Positions 12,091 through 22,520 of a stretch of DNA of 64,000 nucleotides are shown one piece after another (within the stretch, counting starts at the first letter, position 1; the number at the start of each line of letters is the position of its first letter). The notes below the pieces were generated by a model, which saw only the letters and a list, made by a program, of their open reading frames with translations, was not told the origin of the DNA and ran no database searches. This DNA is from Scenedesmus sp. PABB004. Lineage: Eukaryota. The stretch covers positions 2,232,001-2,296,000 of the forward strand of contig JABVCE010000002.1 of NCBI GenBank assembly GCA_014905635.1. The letters run 5' to 3'. The translations under genes were made by a program, and so were the position numbers.

Positions 12091-13904
12091 TCACCAGAAG
12101 TTGTGCCAACCCTTGCTCTCCTCGAACAGCGCCTGCACCTGGTCCAGGCTCGGCTGCGCCGCGATCGCGCCGGGCTTGGTGCAGGTGAGCGCGCCCGTCG
12201 CGGCGGCAAACACGACCGCCGCCTTGAGCGCGACCGGGTCGGCGAGCAGCCGGTCGAGCCCGCCCGCCTCCAGCAGCTGCGGCGGCGCGCGGCGCGGCGC
12301 GGCGGCGGCGTCCGGCGGCGTTTTCGCACACAGCGCGGCGCGGCGCGCAAGGCGGCCACGCGGCGGCTGCGGCGGCGGCGGCGGGTGCGCGCCTTGAAGA
12401 TGAAGCCCGCCGTGAAGGCGTCGCCCGCGCCGGTCGTGTCGGCGACGTCGACCTTGAACACCGGCACGAAGCCCGTGTGCTCGCCCTTGGCGCTGCGGCA
12501 GCAGAACGCGGCGCCCTCGTCGCCCGCGGTCACGAGCACGGCGGGCGCGTTGGGCAGCTTGTCGGCGACCTGCGGTGCGCGCGGCCGCGACGGGGTGCGC
12601 GGCAACCCTCGGGCCCCCGCCCTGCCCCCATTCTGCCCTGGTGCCACGCGCGCCGCCGCACGGCCGCGCCGCGCACGCCGCCGCCGCCGGCGCACCGCGC
12701 AGGGGTTGAGCAGCGCGGTGACAAAGGGCATGCCGTAGAGGTACTCCAGGTCGGCGTCTGAGATCTTGACGATGTCGGCGAGCGCCAGAAAGTCCAGCAT
12801 CTCGCCGCGCGCGGCCTCCGGGTCGGGCCAGAACACGGGGCGCCAGTTCACGTCGACGAAGACCTTGCCCCCGCCCGCCTTGACCGCCGCCGCGGCGGCG
12901 CGCATCGCCGCGCGCGTCGCCGGCGCGGCGAGGCCGAGCGTGCCGGTGACCATGAGGTCCGCGCCCTGGCGGGGACACAGCAGCGGGCGCGGCGGCGGCT
13001 CAGCCGGCGAGCCGGCCGGCGCGCGGCCGCGACGGCAGGGCGCGGCGCCGGCCCGTCCCGCCGCCCCCGCCCGCGCCACGCCCCCGCGGCTCCGCGCTGC
13101 CGCCCGCGCCGCGCGGCTCACGCTCAGGAGCTCCGTGGGCAGCGCCGCAGCGTCGAGCCGGCAGTCGCAGTAGGCGTCGCTCGGCAGACCAAAGCCCGCA
13201 AACACCCGGTCGCCGTCCGCGGTGCGCTCGACATACACGTCCCGCGTCGGCGCGTCCACGCGCTGCACCGCCGACGTGTCCACGCCGATGCCTGGCGCGG
13301 CGGCGCGGCGCGGCGCGGGGCGTGGCGGCGGGGCGTGCGGGCGCGCGCGGTTGCCGGCGCACGCGCCGCGCTGCGGCGCGGCAGCAACGGCGGCCGCCCC
13401 GGCGCGGCGCACCCTGCATCAGCGCCACGAGCTCATCGCCGCGCTCGTCGTTGCCGAGCGCCGACACAAACGCGGTCGGCACGCCGAGCTTGGTGAGCGC
13501 GGTCGCGACGTTGGCGGGCGCGCCGCCGGGGTAGGGCGTCCAGCTTTTGACCTGCTCGCGCGGCACGCCCTTATCGTTGGCCAGAAAGTCTGCAGCGGCG
13601 CCGGCGGGCGTGGGGGTGGGCACGGTCGGCCGTGGTCTGCGCGCCAGGGCGCAGGCGCCGCGCCGCGCTGGCCGGCTGCGGCGCGCTGGCGCAGGGCGCG
13701 CGGCCCCGAACGCGGCGCACCAAAGAGCGCCTCGCCGACGCAGACGACGCGGTCGGGCCCGCTGCCGGCGCCGGCGCGGGGCGGCGCGCTGCGGCGACCG
13801 GGGTGCGGCGCAGCAGATCCGACGAGGCGGGCGCATCCGGGCCGGGTCCCGGCGTGCACGGCCGCGGGGCGCGGCCCCACGCCGCTGCGCGCCGCGTGCA
13901 TCAT
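12091..13904 (-). CDS. PfkB-family carbohydrate kinase (fructokinase-like), probably plastid-targeted
   Basis: VVCVGEALFD, PGGAPANVATALTKLG, VFVDVNWRPVFW, ADIVKISDADL, DTTGAGDAFTAGF (PfkB signature), PGAIAAQP. Confidence 0.93.
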
Positions 13905-14342
13905 GGCGGTTGCGCCCCGCCCGCGCGCAGCTGCTGCTCTGCCCAGACGGGGCGCGCACGGGCGCGCCGCGCTCCGATCAGGCGGATCAGGCAGCCCCGG
14001 GCCGACTGCGCCGCCTGGGGGCTGCGCAGGCCGCACAGGGACGGAGCGGGAGGACGGCGCAGCAGCAGCAGGCCGACCGATCGCGCGGGAGCGGCCGGCA
14101 CGCGACGTCGCGCAGCGTGAACGCGAGGCCTGGCCAAAGTGCACACTGGGGAGGCGCGCGGGCGCCCGTGCTTGACCAGTGCTTGCCCAGCGCTGAGCCC
14201 TCGAGCGACGGCGCCGCCGCTTGAAAAGACGGGGGCCATCCACACGTGCTGTCCGGCCGACGTGCGCACCGCCATAGCTGCCGTCGTGTCAAGCGCAGCC
14301 GAGCGGCAGCTGCGGAGCGGTCAGGGGCCGAGCCAGCGGCGG

Positions 14343-15348
14343 ATGCGCGCCGCGCCGCGCCGCAGCCAGCCCGCCGCCCCTCGCAGCCCGCCCAGGGTGG
14401 CTGCAGCTCGGGCTCCCGTTCTTCTTCATCCCGGCACAGCAGCAGGCATGAGGCGCTCTTCGCGCCGCCGCTGCGCACAGGCCCACAGGTGTGCCGCCTC
14501 TAGCGCAGCTGCCGCCGCCGCCGGTGCTGCAGGCGCTGCGCCAGGCCGCTGAGCTGCCCCCCACCCCTCCCCTGCAAACGCACCGCGCCGCCCGCAGCTC
14601 GGCGGCGGACAACGACGCGGCGCGGCGCGCGGGCGACCAGGACGGGGCACGCGTCGCGCCGGCCGCGCGCAAGCCCAGGGCCCCACGCGCGGGCGGCGGC
14701 CCCACGCGCGCGGCGGAGGCGGCGCTGTGGGCGCGGGGCTTCAAGGCCGTCGCCGGCGTGGACGAGGCGGGGCGCGGGCCGCTCGCGGGGCCCGTGGTCG
14801 CGGCGGCGGCGGTGCTGCCGCCGGACGCAGAGTTCCCGGGCCTTAACGACAGCAAGCAGCTGGGCGAGGAGGCGCGCGAGGCGCTGTACGCGGCGCTCAC
14901 GTCGCACCCGGGCGTCGCCTGGTCGGTGTGAGTCGCCGGCGCCGCTGCGCGGGCCGCGCGGCGCAGCTGGCCGGCGCCGCGCTGACCGCGGCCGGCGCCG
15001 CGCCGCGCAGGGCGGTGGTGGACCACGAGACCATCGACGAGATCAACATCCTGCAGGCGACCATGCTGGCGATGCAGCGCGCGGTGCAGGGCCTGCCCAG
15101 CCCGCCCGACCACCTGCTGATCGATGGCAACAGGCGTGGCGCGGTGTTGATCTGCCGCCCGCGCGCGGCGCCCCGCGGGCCAGGCCGGCCGGCCTGGAGC
15201 GCGACCGCCGCCGCCGCCGCGCGCAGGAAGCCCACCGGCCTGGGCGAGATGCCCGCGCAGCTGCTCGTCAAGGGCGACGCGACCAGCACCGCCATCGCGG
15301 CGGCGTCCGTCATCGCCAAGGCGCGCGCGCGCCGCTCGGCCGGCCGGG

Positions 15349-15420
<72 letters not shown>

Positions 15421-16005
15421 CCAGCCGGCTCGCGCCGGGCCGCCTCGCTGCCCGGCTGCCCGCCCGGCTGGCTCGCTGACCGGCGGGCGGGCTGGCTGGC
15501 CGCCGCGCGCGCAGGTGACGCGCGACCGGCTGATGCTGGACCTGGACGCCGCCCACCCCGGCTACGGCTTCGCTCAGCACAAGGGCTACGGCGTGAGGCG
15601 CCGCCGCCGGCAGCCCGGCGCGGCGCGACGCGCGGCGCCGCAGAGCCCCACCGCACGGCGCCGCAGAGCCCAACCGCGCGCCCCCCGCCGCCGCAGGTGC
15701 CGGCACACAAGGCCGCCATCGCGGCGCTTGGGCCCTGCCCGGTGCACCGGCGCTCGTTCGAGCCGGTGAAGAGCATGGTCGGCTTTGCGGGCTACGGCCA
15801 GAAGGCGCGCGCGGCGGCCGAGGCGGCGGCGGCGGCGGCGGTGGCGGCGGGGGCGGCGGGGGCACAGCAGCCGGCGGCGGCCGTGGAGCAGCAGCAGCAG
15901 CAGCAGGAGCAGGAGCAGCAGAAGCGGCGCGGCGCGGCGCGCGCCAAGCGCAGGGGCGGCGACCCGGCGGCCGGCGGCAAGCGCGGCAGGAAGCGGCGCG
16001 CGTGA
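14343..16005 (+). CDS. Ribonuclease HII, bacterial RnhB-type; 5' end uncertain
   Basis: [51 protein letters not shown]...[37 protein letters not shown]. Confidence 0.92.
15347..15421. repeat. (GGCA)n microsatellite in an RNase HII intron
   Basis: About 18 tandem GGCA units. Confidence 0.9.
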
Positions 16006-16376
16006 CCGGCCGGGGACAGGCGCGTGTGACGGCGCGCTCGCTCGTGCGTTTACCCACACGCCGCGCACCGCCGACCATCAAACAAACAACGACAAACCGC
16101 TAGCCCGCGAATCAATCAAGTTCAATCAAGTGTGCGCCTCGCAGCGCGGCCAGTGTTGACACAGCCCTCGAGCGCGCTCCTGCCGCCCCGCAGTCCGGCC
16201 GCGTGTTTGCAAAAGAAGGACGGCTCGTCACGCTGCTGGCTCCCCTGGCCGGCGCCCCGCGTCCGTTGGCGGCCGCGCCGCGCCCGTCGTGCGCATGCGT
16301 TCTCTCTCGCCCCCCACGCGCGGCCCGCCGCCGGCCGCGCACGCGCGAGGCGTGCAGCCGCGGCGCCGCCGCCGGC

Positions 16377-17472
16377 TCAGCGCAGCGCGCCGACGGCGGC
16401 CATGATGCCAACGATGATCGCGCCGACCACCGCGACGACCAGCAGGATCGGCAGCACGACGACCAGCAGGAACATCGACACCAGGAAGCACGTGTCTGCG
16501 CGCGTCGCGCTCTGCGGCGCGTCGGCGGCGGCGCGTCGGCGGCGGCAGCGCGTCGGCGGCGGCGGCGGCGGGCACGGCGGCGCGGCAGAGCCGGGGCGGC
16601 GCCGCGCCTTGGGGTGCTCCAGGTGCTCCTGCAGCAGCTTCATGTTCTTCGAGTGCGCCTGCGCCGCGCGCGGCGGGCGGCGGGGAGCCCACGGCGTGGG
16701 CCGCGCGGTGGACCGCCGTCCCACGAGCGCGCCCAGCGCCCAGCGCGCCGCGCGCGCAGTGCCCAGCGTCCAGCGCCGCGCGCCGCACTGACTTTGAACG
16801 CGAAGTCAAAGATGTCGCCCGCAAACGGGATGACGCCCACGACCGCGTCGATGGCCTGGTTCACGAGCATGCGCAGCACGAGGCGCTTGGGCATGTTGTA
16901 CTTGACCGCCCGCGTGATGATGTAGCCGCCCACCGTCGCGCCCGCGACGTCGCCTGCGCCGCGGTTGTGTTGGTTTCTGGTTGCTGGTTTTGTTCGCGCG
17001 GCGCGGCGGCGGGCGGCGCGGCGGCAGGCGGCGCGGCGGCGGCGGCGCACCGACGTACGGGATGAGTCCGAGCACTGCATCGAGCCCAAACCTCTTTTTA
17101 ATGAAGGGCACGGTCACAGAGTTGTCCATGACCTTGCTGAGCAGCAGGATGTGCTCGAGGGTTTTCTGCGTGCGGGCGGCGCGCGGCGCGCGGTGAGGTG
17201 CGGGCGGCGGGCCGGCGCGGTGCGCGGTGCGCGCGGTGAGGCGCGGGCGGGCGCGCGCGGCGCGCCTGCTGCTCCGGCGTGAGCTCCTCGCGCTGCGGGC
17301 GCGGCTTGCCCATCTCGGGCGCGCTCTGGGCGCGCTGCCGCGCGTCGGCGCCGGAGGGCGCGGGCGCGGGCGGCTCGACCGCGGTCGGCGGCTCGGAGGC
17401 CGCGCTCTGGAGCGACTCGGGGTCGGCCGGCCCCGCGGCGCCCGCTTTCTGCCGCCTGCCGCCCCACCCCAT
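16377..17472 (-). CDS. DUF4112-family membrane protein, about 5 exons
   Basis: LSKVMDNSVTVPFIKKRFGLDAVLGLIPYVG|DVAG...RMLVNQAIDAVVGVIPFAGDIFDFAFK|AHSKNMKLL, followed by a C-terminal hydrophobic helix. Confidence 0.88.
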
Positions 17473-17492
17473 GGCCGCCGGCGGTTGCTGCG

Positions 17493-17966
17493 AGCAGCGC
17501 GCGCTGCGGCGTGCCGGCTGGGGCCCTGCGCCTGCCTGCTGATCGACACCAGCGGCTCGGGGAAACGACGGTGCTCACGCAGGCGGGCGGGCGGCGCGCC
17601 TGCTTGCTCGTGCGCGGCTCGCTGACGCCGCTGCTGCCGCCGCCGCCGCTGCTGCTGCTGCTGCTGCTACCGGGGGCTCTGCGCGGGTCTGTGGTGGACC
17701 TGTGCAACGGCCGGTGGGACTCGCGTGCAGCTGGGAGCCCGCAAAGGTAGGGGCAGGGCACAAGGGCACAGCCGGTGATGTGCGCCGCCGCCCCGCCCGC
17801 CTTCGCGCCCGGCGCGCGGAGGTGCGCGGCGTGCAGCACCGGTGCCGGCCTGGCGGCAGGACCGGGCTGGTGGGCCTGCCGGCGGCGCCGCCCGCTGCCG
17901 CGCAGGCTGGCGGGCGGCGCTCAGCGTGCACGGCGCGGCGGTCGCCGTTACCGCTACCAGCGCGGC
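17493..17966. repeat. Intergenic repeat family A, copy 2
   Basis: Aligns with 2803-3313 in the same orientation and fills almost the whole gap between the lectin and DUF4112 genes. Confidence 0.93.
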
Positions 17967-18730
17967 ACGAACCACAGCTGGCCCAGCCCGCCGTCGCAGG
18001 GCCGCAGCCGCCCCTGGCCGAGCTCGCCCGGCGCGGGCGCGGTGCTCGAGAGGCACCACGCCTCGCCTTTGATCGCAAAGTGGACCCGGAAGAGAGGGAA
18101 GCCGTTCCTCTCTCGCTGCAGGGGGTCGCCCGAGAAGAACACGTTGTACTGCGGCCCGCCCCACGTGCACGGCGCGCCGCGCACCTCGCAGTCGTCGGCC
18201 GCCGCGTCGCAGGCCCACGCCTGCAAGCAGTAATCTGAACCGAGGCGGCGCAGGCCGGTCGAAAAGCTGAGCATGCCGTTGTAGCGCCAGAAGGTCCAGG
18301 GCGCCGCGGTGCAGTTGGGCCAGACCAGCAGCCCCGTGCTCATGCACCAGGGGCTCAGCGACAGCCCGCAGTCCTCGGTCGACGGCCAGTCGCCCGCGTC
18401 GAGGCACTGCGTCCCATTGCCAGTCGCCGACACGATCATGCGGCCGTCCGCGGCGCCCTGCGCGCGGGCGGGCGAGATGCGCGGCGGTGATGGGCTGGCC
18501 GCCGCTGCCGCCAGCGCTGGCCGTCGCTGCCGGCGCTGCCCGCGCGGCGCCAGCGAGCTGCTCCAGGCCACAGCCGACCTGCCAGCTGTGCGCTGCCAGC
18601 CTCGCCGCACCTGCAGCGTCTCCGCCACCTGCGTCCCCACCGCAACGACGTCTGCGAGCTGCGCCGCCGCGCCGCACGCGAGCAGCAGCGCGCAGCAGGC
18701 CGCGGCGAGCGCGAATCGCTGCCACGCCAT
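17954..18730 (-). CDS. Secreted Cys-rich ricin-B (beta-trefoil) lectin-like protein, 2 exons
   Basis: Signal peptide MAWQRFALAAACCALLLACGAAAQ; three CL motifs (QCLDAG, YCLQAW, WCLSS); terminal LRPCDGGLGQLW (QxW). Confidence 0.7.
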   Translation of the reverse strand: MAWQRFALAAACCALLLACGAAAQLADVVAVGTQVAETLQVRRGWQRTAGRSAVAWSSSLAPRGQRRQRRPALAAAAASPSPPRISPARAQGAADGRMIVSATGNGTQCLDAGDWPSTEDCGLSLSPWCMSTGLLVWPNCTAAPWTFWRYNGMLSFSTGLRRLGSDYCLQAWACDAAADDCEVRGAPCTWGGPQYNVFFSGDPLQRERNGFPLFRVHFAIKGEAWCLSSTAPAPGELGQGRLRPCDGGLGQLWFVPRW

Positions 18731-19013
18731 CGGTCGAGAGCTGCGGGGAGAGCGCCGCGATGCGAGCGCGGGAGCGGGCGCGGAAAAAGCGCGCCCGGGC
18801 TGCTGCCGCGCGGACTGGCGTGCAGCAGCTCCGCTGTCAGTCGCTTCGGTCACCTACTACAAGCTCAAACGCACAGACGTGCACGCCAGGGCCCGCGCGG
18901 TGCGGCCAAAGAGCGCGGCGGCGCAGCGCGGCCGTACGGCGCGGGCAGCTGCCCCAGCTCCTCCCTCAGCTGCCGCCTTGGGCCGCCGGCAAGGCACGAG
19001 CTGCCGGGGCACG

Positions 19014-19018
19014 TTACA
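19014..19018 (-). promoter_or_regulatory. Putative TGTAA polyadenylation signal of the PP2C gene
   Basis: TTACA on the + strand, about 30 nt past the PP2C stop. UGUAA is the chlorophyte near-upstream element. Confidence 0.5.
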
Positions 19019-19049
19019 CGCGCGCACGCCGCTCCGCGTGATCCCGCGC

Positions 19050-21289
19050 TCACGGCGCGGGGCGGTCGAAGACGACGAGCACGACAGTGACATTGTCCTT
19101 TGCTTTCCGCCCGCTGACCGCCTCGTCCAGCAGCCGGGTCGCGGCCGCCGCCGGCGACGCGCCCGCCGCGAGCCGCGCGGCGACGAGCGCGACCGCGTCG
19201 CCCGGCTCGACCACGCCCCACAGCCCGTCGCAGGCGAGCAGCAGGAAGGCGTCCCGGCCGCCCTCGAGCCCAAACGCCACGATGTCGGGGACCGCCGACG
19301 CGCCCGCGCCCTTGAACTGCGCGTCGCCCAGCGAGCGCGACACCTGCGGCGGCGGCAGTGTGGGCGGCGGCGGGCCAACGTCAGCCGGCACGGCCGTGCG
19401 CTGCGGATGCGCAGCGGTGGCGCGAGCGGCGCCACCACCTGCATGCGGCCGAGCAGCCGCCCGTCCACGACGGTGCCGCCGGCGCGCTCGATGCGCGCGC
19501 GCTCCGCCGCGTGCAGCGCGAGGTGGTCCTTCGTCAGCACCACCGCCTTGAGTTGGCCACCGCCGCCACCACCACCCGCGGCCCCGCCGCCGCCGGCCTC
19601 GCGGCCGCCCTGCGGCGCTCGGGCGAGCACCGCCTTGGCGTCGCCCACGTGCGCGACGAGCGCGGTGTCGCCGAGCACCCACGCTGACACGGCCGTCGCG
19701 CCGTCGACCCAGCCGCGCGCGGCGCAAAGCTCCAGCAGCGCCGCGTCGGTGGCCGCAAAGCCCTGCGGGCGCGCAGCGGGGCGGCGAGCGCGCCGCGTCA
19801 TTGGCGCCGCTCGCAGCCGCCGGCGCCGCTGTGCGCGTGCACTCCACAGCCGGCGACAGCCCTCGGCGCCGGCGCGGAGTGGCGGCAGCGCCGCTGGACC
19901 CGGAGCGGGCAGGCCGCGGCGCCGCCGGGCCGGCGTTCGGCCGCGACCTCTCGCCATGTCCATAGCACGACCGAGTAGCTGCTGCCAACGCGGCGGCGGG
20001 GTCGCGGCGGGGTCGCGGCGGCCGGCGGCAGCAGCAGCGACACCGCCGCGCCAGCGGCCCACAAGCAGCACCAGGCGAGCTGCGCCCGGGGCGCTGTTGC
20101 CGCCCCCGCGACGCGGTCGGATCGCTGGGCGCCAATGACCGCTGCCGTCCCGCGCCGCAGGCTCCGCGCGCTCGACGGTGCACTCGAGGCAGCAGGCGCG
20201 CTTGGAGTCGTCGCCGGAGGGGCCGGCCTGGCCCTCTGGAGCACGGAGCGGGCCAGCAAGGCGCGGGTGGAGGCCGATCTGGCGGAGGTGCGGGAGCAGC
20301 TCGCGGCGGCGCGGGACGAGGCGGCCGCGCTCGGCGAGCGGCTCGCCGCCGAGGCGGCGGCGCGCGCCGAGGCCGAGAGCTGGCGCCCCCGGCTGGACAG
20401 CGCGGTGAAGGAGAACTTCAAGCTCGAGAAGGCGCTGGAGATCAAGGTGCGGTGCCTGGCGCCGGCGCCGGCGCCGCGCGCGGGCGCCTGCGTCTGCGCC
20501 GCGTCGCGCGCGGCAGCGAGCGAGCCCGCGCCCCGGCCCGCCGCGTCGCCGCCGCAGGACGCGCAGCTCGCGACGTTCATGGCCACGGCGCGGCGGCAGA
20601 TCAAGGCGCTCGAAGAGGACGTGAAAGCGCTGCAGGTCATGTGACGGCGCGCGGGGCCACGTGTGCACACCCGCAACGCGCGGAGCCCCGCGCACACAAA
20701 CGCGCCACGCACCTCGGTAATGGCGCGCTTCGCCGCCTTGACGTCCAGCTGCCACCCGGCGCCGGCGGCGCCCGCCTGCGAGCCCAGGCGCGCGCTCGCC
20801 GCTCAGCCAGCGGCGCCGCCGCCGCAGCCGCCGCAGCCGCAGCCGCCACGCCGCGCCCGTCACGAACCCGAACCCACCTGCTGCTTGCGCGTGAGCAGCC
20901 CTGCGCGCAGCACCGCGTCGTGCAGCGCGTCCGCAGCGTAGCGCGCGCAGTTGGCGCCGCCGTGGCCGTCAAACACAGCAAAGAACGAAACGCTGCGGCG
21001 GCCGCGCCCGGCGCCTCAGCCGTGGCCGCTGTCTGATCTCGGCCGCTCGGCGCGCGTCGCGCTCGGCGGCGGCGCCCGCGCCCCACCTCGGCGCGCCGTC
21101 GTCGCCGCCGCCGCCGCGGTCGTCGCCGAGGAGGCAGACGTGCGCGTCCTCCATCGTCGTGCGCGTGCCCCGGTCGCACACCGCCGCGCACCGCAGCCGC
21201 AGGCGCCGGGGCGGCTGCTGCGCGCCCGGCAGCGGCGGCGCCTGCTGCTCCGCCTGCTGCTGCGCCGGCGGCTCTCGTTGCACCGGCTG

Positions 21290-21341
<52 letters not shown>

Positions 21342-21466
21342 TGCTCCTGCTGCGCGGCGTGATCGGCGCAGCCCCGGGCGGCCTTGGCCGCCGGCGCGGC
21401 GCCCGCGCCCGCGCCCAGCGCCTCCGCGCCGCGCTTGGCGGCTGCCTGGTGGTGCTGCTGATCCAT
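19050..21466 (-). CDS. Protein phosphatase 2C (PPM family)
   Basis: RGTRTTMEDAH, SFFAVFDGHGG, DGATAV, VAHVGDAKAVL, LTKDH, VSRSLGD, FLLLACDGLW, KDNVTVVLV. Contains a 950-nt intron at 19763-20712. Confidence 0.93.
19956..20644 (+). CDS. Small transit-peptide/TM/coiled-coil protein nested antisense in the PP2C intron, 3 exons
   Basis: ATG 19956; GC-AG intron about 20075-20160 and GT-AG intron 20447-20557 keep the frame. The product reads ...AAGALGVVAGGAGLALW...LDSAVKENFKLEKALEIK|DAQLATFMATARRQIKALEEDVKALQVM*. Confidence 0.72.
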
Positions 21467-21711
21467 GCTGATGCTGCTGAATCCAAGCTGTGAGCGGTCT
21501 GCTGGGACGGCCGCGGCACTTGGCGGCGGCGCGAGCGGGTCTCACCGCGTCTGCGCCGCTGCTGACCGCCCGCCGTCGCCGGCCCGCCGCCACAGTGCGG
21601 CCCCGCATCGTTGGTGGTCCGCGCGTGACCGCTCGATCGGTAGGCGGCGCCGCCGGACGGGTGAAGGCGCGCGGCGGCGGCGGCGGCAGCAGCGGCGGCA
21701 GCGGCGGCGAG

Positions 21712-22489
21712 ATGGGGGCCGTCTACGCCGCGCTGGAGCCGGCGGAGCTGGGGGACATGGCTGAGCCCATCCCGCTCGGCCCCGCCGGCCTGCTGCACGG
21801 CGCGCTGCCCAACGGCCTGAGGCGAGCGCGCGCTGCCGCGCCGCGCCCGCCGCCGCTGCCGCCGCGCTCAGACGCCGCCGCCGCCGCCGCAGGTACTACG
21901 TGCGCCAGTGCTCCAAGCCCAAGCAGCGCGCCGCGCTGGCGCTCGCGGTCAAGGTGCGCGGCCAGCCGCGCGGGCCGCCGGCAAGCAGCTCGCGCGCCCG
22001 CGCGTCGCGCGCCGCGGCCGCCAGGCCGGCTCGCTGGCCGAGGCGGCCGGGGCGGCCGCCGCCAGCTCACGCGGCCGGCCGCCGCGCGCCGCGGCGGCCG
22101 CCAGGTCGGCTCGCTGGCCGAGGAGGAGGAGGAGCGCGGCGTGGCGCACATCCTGGAGCACCTGGCCTTCAATGCGACGCACAACTACAAGAACCACGAC
22201 ATCGTCGCGTTCCTGGAGTCCATCGGCGCGAGCTTTGGCGCGTGCTCAAACGCCTACACGAGCGCCGACGAGACCGTGTACCAGATCATGGTCCCCACGG
22301 CAGACATGTGCGTGCCTCAGCCGGCACGCGCGGGCGGGGACTGTGAGGGACCGGGCCGGGACCGCGCGCCAGCGGCGGAGGCTGAGCGCGCACGGCCGCC
22401 GCCGCCGCCGCGCAGGGCGCTGCTGGAGCAGTCGATCGCGGTGCTGTCTGAGTTTGCGGCGCGCATCCGGTGCGCGGGGCGGGGGCCGC

Positions 22490-22520
<31 letters not shown>

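Noticed and set aside
14491..16005. RNase H as part of a retroelement
   Set aside because: The motifs are type 2 (HII) cellular enzyme, not the RNase HI fold of retroelements.
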